Positions 9,650 through 18,989 of a stretch of DNA of 64,000 nucleotides are shown in pieces; the first letter of the stretch is position 1, and each line of letters begins with the position of its first letter. The notes under the pieces are model-generated. The model was not told where the DNA came from, did no database searches, and worked only from the letters and a program-made list of their open reading frames with translations. Source of the DNA: Candidatus Bathyarchaeota archaeon. GTDB lineage: Archaea > Thermoproteota > Bathyarchaeia > Bathyarchaeales > Bathycorpusculaceae. The stretch spans positions 1,856,001 to 1,920,000 of the forward strand of contig OY970280.1 of assembly GCA_963715865.1 (NCBI GenBank). The letters are read 5' to 3'. A program made the position numbers and the translations under genes.

Positions 9650-10324
9650 TTGAACATGGTTGGCTCCATTTGGGTATACTTAAAAAAAATATTCAGTTTA
9701 TCATTGGTTCTTAACTCACTCATAACTTTAGCCGCCATAGCTGGAATCTTGTATGGTTTTTACCATGCTCACTGGCACCCTTATGCACCCTATCTTATCA
9801 ACGGTAACCTTTTTCTGCTGGTAGCTACAGCTGCATTCATCAATATTTTTCCGAGTGCAAGCATAAGCAGAGCTTTGCATACTGGACGATTCTTGTTTCA
9901 CCATTATGTCTACGGCTTTTTTGTTATGCTATCTTCTTCTGTTTATGTAGTGGCGTTCACATCTGTCTCTTTGCTTAGCCTCTTTCTGGTGAACACTTCA
10001 AATATAGCGGTAAATGCCGGACGATTTTTTGTCTTAATTGGGTTAACCTTGCTTTTGGATGACCTTCCGGATGTTTCAAAAAGAGTCGAATCTGCCTTGA
10101 ACAAGTTGAAGTCAAGGGCTTATCAGGTGCGAAAAGTAATCCATGGCCTTCAATTGATTACGGGTTTAATTTCGTTCTACGTTTTTCTTGCCGTTGCCCT
10201 CTCGTCAATCCAAAACCTCGCGTGGACTGTTGCCAACTACCTTACTATGAGCACTTTGCTAATAACTAGCATTACTTCCTTTGCTTGTGTAAAAAGAAAG
10301 GCATGGCTAAAAATCACCTTGTAA
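9650..10324 (+). CDS. Hypothetical multi-TM protein
   Basis: 224 aa, about 6 TM; FHHYVYG and DDLPD motifs. Confidence 0.75.
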   Translation: MNMVGSIWVYLKKIFSLSLVLNSLITLAAIAGILYGFYHAHWHPYAPYLINGNLFLLVATAAFINIFPSASISRALHTGRFLFHHYVYGFFVMLSSSVYVVAFTSVSLLSLFLVNTSNIAVNAGRFFVLIGLTLLLDDLPDVSKRVESALNKLKSRAYQVRKVIHGLQLITGLISFYVFLAVALSSIQNLAWTVANYLTMSTLLITSITSFACVKRKAWLKITL

Positions 10325-10336
10325 AATAAATTACCC

Positions 10337-11053
10337 TTAGCGTTTTTGTTTGAGGATTTCTTTTCCGATGGCTTCTAGTTGTTGGCGGGAGTAGTCGCTA
10401 GAGCTCGCGTGTGTGGTTATGTAGTTGGGCAGTTGAGGAAGTTTGAGGATTGGGACTGTAGGATTGTTCAAGTGGAGAGTGGCGTGGTTGTTTGTAAAGA
10501 CTACGATGCCTTCAACCCAGGTACCTGGCGACCTAAAAGCCTGCGAAGAGTCAATTATGTGTTTTATTTTGGCAGTGTTCCTTTTGACTTGCCGGCTTGG
10601 GCTGCCCTTGAAGTTACGTTTACCAGCTCTTTGCCACTCGTCGCCATTGCAGGTTATGTTGCCGCTCCAATTCTTCGTCTCCAAAACAAAGATGCCACTA
10701 GGCCCAAGGACGACATGGTCGATGTCGCCGTCGCCGTTGTGTAGATACAGGTCGTTTATAAGTATGTAGTCGTCGCTTAGCTTGCTGCTTAGGAGTTTAG
10801 CTACTTGTTTTTCGCCTTCCCAACCGCCACTGTAAATTCGGTACTTGTGCAGGTAAAAGTAAAACGCAGCTAACGGCACCAGCGAAACCAACAATCCAGC
10901 CTCTTCAAAAATGCTCAAGCTCAGGGTGAAGAGCACTCTTAAACTTAAAGCGAAAAAGATTAAGCCAAACAAGATTAAGCAAAGAAATGCCTTTGCCAGA
11001 TTCTTTCTGACCTGGTTCTTTAGGTAGTTGCTGGACCCTTTCATCTTTCGCAT
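10337..11053 (-). CDS. NERD-domain (PD-(D/E)XK) protein with N-terminal TM helices
   Basis: GWEGEKQVA, DIDHVVLGPSGIFVLETKNWSG, P..QV. Confidence 0.85.
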   Translation of the reverse strand: MRKMKGSSNYLKNQVRKNLAKAFLCLILFGLIFFALSLRVLFTLSLSIFEEAGLLVSLVPLAAFYFYLHKYRIYSGGWEGEKQVAKLLSSKLSDDYILINDLYLHNGDGDIDHVVLGPSGIFVLETKNWSGNITCNGDEWQRAGKRNFKGSPSRQVKRNTAKIKHIIDSSQAFRSPGTWVEGIVVFTNNHATLHLNNPTVPILKLPQLPNYITTHASSSDYSRQQLEAIGKEILKQKR

Positions 11054-11201
11054 GCATTAACCGCTCTATGCAGGTTTCATTAGCTTGTAACTATATTACC
11101 ATATGGCACTCTAACCCATAACTTTCAGAGTAAGATAGCGCAAGTTTGAGCCTGTTCTTTATGCGGAACGGAGGTGTTCTCTAGGGAGAGCTATAAGACT
11201 C

Positions 11202-12179
11202 TTGTTTAATCTATTTTTGTTATACGGTGATGTATGTATGGCGTTTAAGAGAGTGAAAAGTAGGGTAAAGGTGTTAATGCTATGCTTGCTCATGGCAAGT
11301 GTGCTAAGCCCAATTTTGTTGACAAGTGCAAAGGCACAAAACAGCGGAGTCACTATTGGCTATTGGCCTTTAGACGAAGTTCAATCAAGCGGTTACAACG
11401 TAATAACCCCTGACTCGACAGGTGTAAACCCTGGCATTGTAGCAGGCACTCCTGAGCCTACGCTGGTGGATGGCAAATTTGACAAAGCTATGCAGTTTAA
11501 TGGACAAAACTTCGTGTACATCCCCATAAAATTCATAGTTGGCTTTCCTCCCACACCACAGCCAATCTATATTCCGGTCTCGCCAAACCTTGACATTCAA
11601 AAATACGTCCAAATTGAAGCATGGATTAACGTTCCAGGATTCAAAAACGCAACCTACAACAACATCGTTGTTAAATGCAACCATCCAGATCAAGCCGCCT
11701 CCTGGCAGAACACCACCAGAGTCCTCGGACTAGCCCTAAGAGCAGGCGTACCTGAAAACGGCGTACAATATGTTGAAGGAGCACTTAGCGGTTTTGTGTC
11801 AACTGACACTGGAGGATTCAACGAGATAGTGACAACACAATCAGTTCCTTTGAACCAGTGGATTAATGTTGAATTTACTCGAACTTCCACAGGCATGCAC
11901 CTCTACATTAACGGCTACGAGCAAAGCGTTAACGTGATTAATGGCGTTCAAAATCCTCAAGGTAGCATAGTTAATGGAACAGAATACTACTTTGGGCATG
12001 ATGGACTAGCAACCATCGACGACGTTCGCATTGTCGATCTAGGTCCACAAGTTTCAGAGGCTGCGTTTGACATTGGACCTAACATCATGATGGCAATAAT
12101 AGTGGTGTCAGTGATCTTTGCAGTAGCATGGTTATTGCGCAGAGTGATTCAATTGTGGCTGATTCGACCCAAACTCTAA
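11202..12179 (+). CDS. Secreted, membrane-anchored LamG/concanavalin-A-like protein (likely start 11238)
   Basis: Signal peptide, GYWPLDE, GKFDKAMQFNG, W..V, LYING, IDDVRI; C-terminal TM helix. Confidence 0.8.
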   Translation: MFNLFLLYGDVCMAFKRVKSRVKVLMLCLLMASVLSPILLTSAKAQNSGVTIGYWPLDEVQSSGYNVITPDSTGVNPGIVAGTPEPTLVDGKFDKAMQFNGQNFVYIPIKFIVGFPPTPQPIYIPVSPNLDIQKYVQIEAWINVPGFKNATYNNIVVKCNHPDQAASWQNTTRVLGLALRAGVPENGVQYVEGALSGFVSTDTGGFNEIVTTQSVPLNQWINVEFTRTSTGMHLYINGYEQSVNVINGVQNPQGSIVNGTEYYFGHDGLATIDDVRIVDLGPQVSEAAFDIGPNIMMAIIVVSVIFAVAWLLRRVIQLWLIRPKL

Positions 12180-12216
12180 ACGCTCCAAAATTTAAGTAAA
12201 AAACGGTGGGGTTGAT

Positions 12217-13389
12217 GTGGGAACCGGACTTAAACTCCTCGAACTGCTGCTTCGCCAAAAACTCTTAGGCAAGGGTCTGGAAGGAGAACCCAACACTCCC
12301 CTTATTGTATCGTACGCTGTCACGAAAGCCTGCAACCTTCGATGCCTTCACTGCCATGTTTCAGCCAATGAAGTCATGCCAAACGAGCTTAACGTTAAAG
12401 AAGCAATGCACGCCATAGATGAGATGGCGAATCTTGGAACTGAAGCTTTGATTTTCAGCGGCGGTGAACCTCTTCTTAGAAAAGATTTCGTGTTGACACT
12501 TGCGGAATATTGCGATGACGTCGGCATTATAACAGCTATGCTCTCGAATGGGTTGTTAATCAACCATAAAGTAGCTTTAGAACTGAAAGATGCCGGAATT
12601 AAAGCGATAGGCATACCGATTGACTCAATTAACCCTGAAAGCCACGACAAACTCAGAAACGTGCCAGGCACATTCAAAAAAGCAGTATCAGCAATCCAAG
12701 CCTGCTTAGACATGGACCTAGAAGTAGTCGTCACCACCATGGCGCTAAAAGACACCTTTAATGAGATGCCGAAAAGAATAGAATTCTTAGCCAACCTAGG
12801 CGTGGACCAAGTTGCCGTTTACGACTTGGTTCCTGTTGGACGAGGAAAAGACGTGATGGACCAAGCGATGACTCAAGAGCAAAGAGTCAGCCTAATACGG
12901 TACCTACAAGCGAAGCAGGAAGAAACAGAAATGGTCTTCACCATATCAGGTGGAATACCACTTTATCCAGAAATCGCCATGGAAATCCACAAATCACACG
13001 ACACAAAACCAAAGGATTTACTGCTTAAAGAGTTCTGGATACACAACGCAGTCGGATGCCACGCAGGCATACTATACTTCAGCTTGCGCCCCAACGGAGA
13101 CGTTTACCCCTGCACTTTCCTACCGATAAAAGCAGGAAACATCCGCGAGCAAAGCCTAACTGAAATCTGGCGCAACTCAAAAATCCTCAACACCCTAAGG
13201 CAACGAAAAGCGTTGAAAGGAAAATGTGGAAGCTGCGAATACAGAGAAACATGCGGAGGATGCAGAGGCAGAGCTTATGGTTGCACAGGAGACTATTTGG
13301 AGACAGACCCTGTTTGCTTGCGCGACTTGATGGTGGAAGAGAATGTTTACCCGAATAACGTGAAGCGGTTCGGCTGGTGCGTTGGTTAG
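12217..13389 (+). CDS. Radical SAM/SPASM-domain protein
   Basis: CNLRCLHC, SGGEPL, SPASM Cys set (GCHAG, YPC, CGSC...CGGCRGRAY, DPVC). Confidence 0.9.
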   Translation: MGTGLKLLELLLRQKLLGKGLEGEPNTPLIVSYAVTKACNLRCLHCHVSANEVMPNELNVKEAMHAIDEMANLGTEALIFSGGEPLLRKDFVLTLAEYCDDVGIITAMLSNGLLINHKVALELKDAGIKAIGIPIDSINPESHDKLRNVPGTFKKAVSAIQACLDMDLEVVVTTMALKDTFNEMPKRIEFLANLGVDQVAVYDLVPVGRGKDVMDQAMTQEQRVSLIRYLQAKQEETEMVFTISGGIPLYPEIAMEIHKSHDTKPKDLLLKEFWIHNAVGCHAGILYFSLRPNGDVYPCTFLPIKAGNIREQSLTEIWRNSKILNTLRQRKALKGKCGSCEYRETCGGCRGRAYGCTGDYLETDPVCLRDLMVEENVYPNNVKRFGWCVG

Positions 13390-13435
13390 CGCAAGTTTAC
13401 TACGTACATTTCCATAATTCTTTTAACTGTTCCTT

Positions 13436-14689
13436 TTGTGGGACACCAGCAATCCTTTAATACAGCTTGCTTTCAATGAAGCGAGCATGACTGCCGAGGA
13501 AGCGCCTCCCGAAAAAATTGTCCACAGAAGGCTCTTTCTTCCTGCTTTGGGACTTGCAGTCTTCTCCGTTTGGTTGATAACCGTTACATTTCAACTGCTC
13601 CTAATCGACATAGCTCATACATTTCAAGTTCAAGTAGGCACAGCAAGTCTAGTAGCAGCTGTTGGTTCCATCTCTGGAATAGCTGCTGGACTCATAATGG
13701 CTGTTTTGAGTGTTCGCTTCAATCACAAATTATTTTTACTAATCGGACTATTATGCACCAGTTTGTCGGCAGTAGCCTTCTTTTTTGCTCCAAACTATGA
13801 TTTACTGCTAATCCCAAATATCGGTGTAGGAACCGGGATAGCCCTAGCCACCTCTATGGCTTACTCATTAATCGGAGAATTCTATCCGCTCGAAAAAAGA
13901 GGAAGAGCAATTGGCTGGATAGTGGCATCTACCACTTTGGCATACGTCATTGGAGCCCCTCTCATCGGAATAATTGCAAGCATTGGAAGTTGGCGCTCAG
14001 TCATGATTTGGTTAGCCTTACCACTCGCTCTCGCGAGTTTAATTCTATCCTTCATTGTTATTCCAAACAAGTCAAACATAAATTCACAACTTGTGAAAGA
14101 ACCCTTTTTTGCTGGTTGCAAGCAAGCCTTCTCGAACACATCTGCCGTCGCCATCTTATTCGTTACGATGTTTAGCATGGCTGAAGGGTCTATTGGCTTT
14201 TACGCGATTTCTTTCTTTAGGTCACAATTCGCTGTAAGCATCACAGTAGGTTCAATCATCATCGTTGTAGGGAACATCCTCGCGGCTATAGGCGGCGTTG
14301 TTGCAGGATTATTGGTCAATCGAGTAGGCCGAAAACCTCTTGGAACCGTCACTTGTTTGGCGGCAGCTTTACTCACCCTATCGTTTACTTTCGTGCCCAA
14401 CTTTCCGCTCTCTTGGGGTTTGAGTGCTCTTCGTTTCTGGTTTTCTGGAATGTCCTTTACTGCAGGCGGCAGCTTAGTTATTGAGCAGCTTCCGAAATTC
14501 CGTGCAACCATGATGTCGCTTAATACTGCCTTTATGAACTTGGGAATGTTATTAGCTTCCATTGCAGGCGGAATAGCTCTCGACATCTATAACTACCAAA
14601 CATTGGCGCTAATTCTGGGAGGCTTAGGTGTGGTAGGCACAGTTATGTGGGTCACTGTGGTTAGAGACCCGTGCAAAGCCCAAAAATAA
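13436..14689 (+). CDS. MFS transporter
   Basis: 12 TM pattern; motifs EKRGRAIG and NRVGRK. Confidence 0.88.
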   Translation: MWDTSNPLIQLAFNEASMTAEEAPPEKIVHRRLFLPALGLAVFSVWLITVTFQLLLIDIAHTFQVQVGTASLVAAVGSISGIAAGLIMAVLSVRFNHKLFLLIGLLCTSLSAVAFFFAPNYDLLLIPNIGVGTGIALATSMAYSLIGEFYPLEKRGRAIGWIVASTTLAYVIGAPLIGIIASIGSWRSVMIWLALPLALASLILSFIVIPNKSNINSQLVKEPFFAGCKQAFSNTSAVAILFVTMFSMAEGSIGFYAISFFRSQFAVSITVGSIIIVVGNILAAIGGVVAGLLVNRVGRKPLGTVTCLAAALLTLSFTFVPNFPLSWGLSALRFWFSGMSFTAGGSLVIEQLPKFRATMMSLNTAFMNLGMLLASIAGGIALDIYNYQTLALILGGLGVVGTVMWVTVVRDPCKAQK

Positions 14690-14761
14690 ACGCGTTAATA
14701 AAAACAACAATAAATAAAAATTTAAAAAAATGGCTGATCTCAAAAGAGACAACTTAGCGGT

Positions 14762-16171
14762 TTATTTCTTGTTTGTTAGGTATTCGTGCATTGCTTTTGC
14801 TGCGCGTTTGCCTGCTCCCATTGCGCTGATGACTGTTGCTGCCCCTGTTGCGACGTCTCCGCCTGCGTAAACTCCGTCTAAGCTTGTTTTGCCAACTTCG
14901 TTGACGCATATTGTTCCGTGTCTTGGGTCGCTTTGCAAGCCGTCTGTTGTTCGCTGTATGATTGGGTTTGGTGTTTGACCGATGGCGACGATTACTGTGT
15001 CAACGTCCATTGTGAATTCTGAGCCTGGAATTTCTTTTACTCCACGTCTGCCTTTTGCATCTGGCTCGCAGAGTTCCATTGCGATGCATTTCATGCTTTT
15101 AACCCAGCCTTTCTCGTCGCCGTAAAACTCGAGTGGTGCAGCAAGGAACTTGCAGACTAAGCCTTCTTCTTCCGCGTTTTCGATTTCTTCGTGTCTTGCT
15201 GGCAACTCTGTACGTGAGCGTCTGTAGAGTAAGCATACGTCTGAGCCAAGCCGCATGCTGCTTCTTGCGCAGTCCATAGCAACGTTTCCGCCGCCGATGA
15301 CGACTACGTGTTTGCCTATGCGTATTGGAGTGTCGTATTCTGGGAATTGGAATGCTTTCATGAGGTTAACGCGTATTAGGAATTCGTTAGCTGAGTAGAT
15401 TCCGCCAAGGTTTTCTCCTGGGCAACCGGTGAACTGTGGCAAGCCTGCGCCGCTACCGATGAATACTGCTTCGTAACCGTCCTTCATCAATTCTGGAATA
15501 GTGTGAATCCTTCCAACTAGGTTGCCTAGTCGCAAGTCAACGCCAAGTTTCTGGATGTAAGCGACCTCATTTTGTACGATTGCTTTTGGTAAACGGAACT
15601 CTGGAATACCATACGACAGCACTCCTCCGCCAACGTGCAAAGCCTCAAACATTGTAACGTCATGACCAAGCTTAACCAAGTCAGCAGCAGCCGTTAATCC
15701 AGCTGGACCTGCACCGACAATTGCTATTTTTTTGCCTGTTGGTGGAGCTTTCTCTGGAATCTGAGAACCATTGTCACGTTCCCAGTCTGCAAGAAAACGT
15801 TCTAAGCGTCCGATGCTGATTGGGTCACCCATTTTTCCGACGACACATTTAGCTTGGCATTGCACTTCTTGAGGGCAAACTCTTCCGCAAACAGCGGGCA
15901 ACGCATTCTTCGCCTTTATGAGAGCAATGCCTTCAGCATACTTCTTTTCTTTAATCAGCTTAATGAACGCTGGAATAGGAACATCCACAGGACAACCAGT
16001 TATACATTGAGGCTTAGGACACTGCAAACAACGATTAGCTTCTTCAAGCGCTTCAGCTTCAGTGTAACCTAAAGCAACTTCATTGAAGTTTTTAGCCCTT
16101 ACTTTTGGATCTTGCTTAGCCATTTCAACGGCTTTCTTGTTTAATTTTGGTTTAGGCTTAACTTCCGCCAC
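14762..16171 (-). CDS. nfnB: NfnB/SudA-type (GltD-like) bifurcating transhydrogenase large subunit
   Basis: EANRCLQC...CITGCP, CGRVCPQE, GAGPAGL, GGGNVAMD; GTG start 8 nt after GGAGG; no gltB nearby. Confidence 0.88.
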   Translation of the reverse strand: MAEVKPKPKLNKKAVEMAKQDPKVRAKNFNEVALGYTEAEALEEANRCLQCPKPQCITGCPVDVPIPAFIKLIKEKKYAEGIALIKAKNALPAVCGRVCPQEVQCQAKCVVGKMGDPISIGRLERFLADWERDNGSQIPEKAPPTGKKIAIVGAGPAGLTAAADLVKLGHDVTMFEALHVGGGVLSYGIPEFRLPKAIVQNEVAYIQKLGVDLRLGNLVGRIHTIPELMKDGYEAVFIGSGAGLPQFTGCPGENLGGIYSANEFLIRVNLMKAFQFPEYDTPIRIGKHVVVIGGGNVAMDCARSSMRLGSDVCLLYRRSRTELPARHEEIENAEEEGLVCKFLAAPLEFYGDEKGWVKSMKCIAMELCEPDAKGRRGVKEIPGSEFTMDVDTVIVAIGQTPNPIIQRTTDGLQSDPRHGTICVNEVGKTSLDGVYAGGDVATGAATVISAMGAGKRAAKAMHEYLTNKK

Positions 16172-16997
16172 ACTTACAACCTCCACGCATTTCCCACAAT
16201 ACTGAACTTAACCTTTCTTCAGGAAGCATTGTGCGCTGACGCAAAATCAACTGGTCGAAATCGGTTTGGTGACCATCAAATTCTGGTCCATCAATGCAAC
16301 CGAACTTCATTTTGCCGCCAACTGAAACTCGGCATACTCCGCACATGCCCATGCCATCAATCATTATAGGCGTTAAAGTTACAACTGTTGGAATGCCATA
16401 AGGCTTTGTGATTTCGCTAACATCCTTCATCAGGATAACTGGACCCATAACGATGCAGCGGTCAAACTTTTCCTTCTTCAGCAGGTCCTTGAGGAAGTCT
16501 AATCCTTTGTAGCCTTTTGAACCGTCATCTGTTGCTATGTAAACTTTGTCGCTCATGGCTTTAGCTTCGTCTTCCATCATTATGAACTCCTTTGTCCTAG
16601 CGCCGAGAATTGTGGTTACTTTGTTGCCTGCTGCTTTCATGGCTTTGACCTGTAACAGCAACGGCGCAATCATCACGCTTCCGCCGACACAGAGGACTTT
16701 GCCGAAGTTTTTGACTTCAGACGGATTGCCAAGTGGACCTGTAACGTTATCGATGCATTCGCCTTCGTTTAGTAAGCCAAGCGCTTTTGTGGTTTTGCCG
16801 ACTTCATGGAAAGCAAACGATACTGTTCCTTTCGCTCTGTCGCATCCGCATATTGTCAGGGGTATTCGTTCGCCTGCTTTGCCGTTTATGACTATTACGA
16901 ATTGTCCAACTTGCGATTTAGCTGCAATGTCGGAAGCTTCAACTTCAAACAGCTTAATTTTTGGAACTAGTTCTTTTTTAGTTACTATTTTGTACGT
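16158..16997 (-). CDS. nfnA: NfnA/SudB-type small subunit (FAD, [2Fe-2S]); predicted ACG start
   Basis: Frame is open from 16997: (T/M)YKIVTKKELVPKIKLFEV...GQFVIV..GERIPLT...GPLGNP...DGMGMCGVCRV...CIDGPEF; 279 aa; the ORF track misses the first 107 codons. Confidence 0.85.
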   Translation of the reverse strand, partial: TYKIVTKKELVPKIKLFEVEASDIAAKSQVGQFVIVINGKAGERIPLTICGCDRAKGTVSFAFHEVGKTTKALGLLNEGECIDNVTGPLGNPSEVKNFGKVLCVGGSVMIAPLLLQVKAMKAAGNKVTTILGARTKEFIMMEDEAKAMSDKVYIATDDGSKGYKGLDFLKDLLKKEKFDRCIVMGPVILMKDVSEITKPYGIPTVVTLTPIMIDGMGMCGVCRVSVGGKMKFGCIDGPEFDGHQTDFDQLILRQRTMLPEERLSSVLWEMRGGCKCGGS

Positions 16998-18229
16998 TTT
17001 GCTTTCGCCTCCACAGCTATTTCACGTCTTGGTAACGCTGAAATTTTCTTATAGAAAGCATCCAGTTTCTGATTGAAGTCGCCAGCAACTCTGGGTGACT
17101 CCTCATAAAGTTCGAATCGGTCAAGCAGATTCTTCTTTTTCAACACATTCAATAACACGCCCAAGTTGCGTTCTGCAGTGTCTTTGCCTTCTTGAAGCTT
17201 GCAATCTTGTGCTGAGCAGACCACTGCCATTACACCGTCGAAACCGCAGTTTAACGCGTTGACGACGTGAACTGGATCTAAGGATTTGAAGCATGGAACT
17301 TCAAGGGCTAACACGTTTTTGCCTGCAAACGCGCTGTTAGGGTTGTCTAAGGCTGAGAATTCTGACCATTGGCAAACGAACGCAAGAACTGCTGGACCGT
17401 GGTTTTTAGCTTTCAGTTGTGCAATTGAATTCCCATAACGGTTTACTACGTTTTCAAACTCGAAGCCTTTCACTTGAATAGCGTGATGTGGACAAACCAG
17501 TTGGCATGCGCCACAGCCGACGCATTTCTCTTCGTTTACTTTTGGAGTGGCAAACGATTCAAACTCAAGTGCTTTATATGGGCAGATGAATATGCATTTG
17601 TCACAGCCCACGCATTCTTGAACATCATAAACCGCTTTGCGGGAGAACTTTACTATTCTAACTGCGTTTTCATCGAAACCTAATTGTTTGAGGACATTTC
17701 TGGCTAAAACGAGTCTTCGAGTGTTTATTTTTGTGCCTTCTTTATAGCGGCAGAATGGATCTTCACATTGAATAGAAACAATGTTTTTTACGCCTGAATT
17801 CAGCGTATCAAAAATAAAGTCGGTTGGCACTCTGCCTGAACATGGCAAACGCAACGCAATGTACTTGCCAACCTTTAACCCTTGCTCCTTAAGGATATCT
17901 TGGACTTCGCCTGTGGAGGGCGAGTTTCCTCGGCACATTAAAACAAGCGTGTCAGCGCCACTTTTGGCTTTTGCACGTGCCTGTTTAACGTAGTTTGATA
18001 GATTATCGTAAGTGTAATATTGCGTTTTAATGGCTGAAACTGGGCAAGCACTGTAGCATATACCGCAGACTTGGCAGTCTTGAGTGTTAACTTCCACTTT
18101 TCCGGTTGAGTCGCGTTTTATGGCTTCATAAGGGCAGATTGATTGGCAAACATAACATCGGCTACATAAATCTTGATCGATTTCCACTACAGCGAGACAT
18201 TTTTCACTCATTCTGAAACCTCTTTTCAT
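16985..18229 (-). CDS. Polyferredoxin with two MvhD/FlpD-like [2Fe-2S] domains (Fd-MvhD-Fd-MvhD)
   Basis: Four CxxCxxCxxxCP motifs; two MvhD-like Cys sets (LMCRG/LPCSGR/QCEDPFC and FVCQWS/VPCFK/VCSAQDC). Confidence 0.85.
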   Translation of the reverse strand: MKRGFRMSEKCLAVVEIDQDLCSRCYVCQSICPYEAIKRDSTGKVEVNTQDCQVCGICYSACPVSAIKTQYYTYDNLSNYVKQARAKAKSGADTLVLMCRGNSPSTGEVQDILKEQGLKVGKYIALRLPCSGRVPTDFIFDTLNSGVKNIVSIQCEDPFCRYKEGTKINTRRLVLARNVLKQLGFDENAVRIVKFSRKAVYDVQECVGCDKCIFICPYKALEFESFATPKVNEEKCVGCGACQLVCPHHAIQVKGFEFENVVNRYGNSIAQLKAKNHGPAVLAFVCQWSEFSALDNPNSAFAGKNVLALEVPCFKSLDPVHVVNALNCGFDGVMAVVCSAQDCKLQEGKDTAERNLGVLLNVLKKKNLLDRFELYEESPRVAGDFNQKLDAFYKKISALPRREIAVEAKAKRTK

Positions 18230-18418
18230 ACACCGCTGCTACTTTAAACTGTAAGCATGTTAAGATGCTGGCTTAAAGCTTTTGAAAGCATGAAAAGGGT
18301 TTTAGAATGATATAATCCTTTCTCTAAAGTTTCTGCAATATCTATATATTTTAGTTGGCATCATTTGCGCTTCCTCAGAACCTTTTGACCTTCAAAGAAC
18401 GTAGAATCTAAAGATAGG

Positions 18419-18480
18419 AAAAAGAGGGTTTTGCGGGTGATATCTCCACTTGGGGCTGGGTTCAAATCCCCCCTACACCA
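18419..18480. repeat. Copy A of a ~60-nt intergenic element
   Basis: Core 18438-18467 matches 41890-41919 at 24/30 with no gaps; shared flank AAAAGAGGG.TTTTG. Confidence 0.7.
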
Positions 18481-18566
18481 TTATCGCCTTAATGGAGTTG
18501 TTTTTAGTTTTAGTCGGGAATTGGTAGTTCAACTAAGCTTTCAAAGCGGAAAAAGAAAAACGAGAT

Positions 18567-18845
18567 TCACTCGGATTTCTTGAATTGCTCACAGATTGAG
18601 CGAGAGGGATCAGTTTGCCAGAGCAATTGTATTCTCGTTTTACAACGTTTACATTGTATCAGAGCACCTTCAAGTTTTTCATAGCCAAACTCAGAGTAGC
18701 TTTTCGGGTTGTCCGGTGAAATAAGATTCCCACATTTGGGGCAGTCAAATGAGTTGGCGTCTCTTGAAACAGGAGAAGCTTTGATCTTGCCTTCCCTTCT
18801 TAGCTCGTCTATTACTACCACGAAATCCGCTATGGGTTGTTTCAT
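18567..18845 (-). CDS. Small zinc-ribbon protein
   Basis: CPKCG and CKRC pairs in 92 aa. Confidence 0.7.
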   Translation of the reverse strand: MKQPIADFVVVIDELRREGKIKASPVSRDANSFDCPKCGNLISPDNPKSYSEFGYEKLEGALIQCKRCKTRIQLLWQTDPSRSICEQFKKSE

Positions 18846-18989
18846 AACTCACGCCTCGATGGTAACACAACAAAGAAGTTATTTTGGTTTCTCAAAAATA
18901 TTTCTGGAAAAAGTGCCAGAATAAATTGAAATAGAAAGGGGTTATGCACGGGTGAAATCGCCACCGCAACTAGATATAATCCTTTCTTT

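Noticed and set aside
14762-16186. Glutamate synthase small subunit (gltD) annotation
   Set aside because: No gltB nearby, and it is paired with an NfnA-type gene
16985-18229. Selenocysteine or pyrrolysine readthrough in the MvhD-like protein or elsewhere
   Set aside because: All ligand positions are Cys, and no gene needs in-frame TGA/TAG readthrough
18419-18480. Calling element A a tRNA gene
   Set aside because: Lacks D and anticodon arms and a 7-bp acceptor stem; kept only as an unexplained repeat
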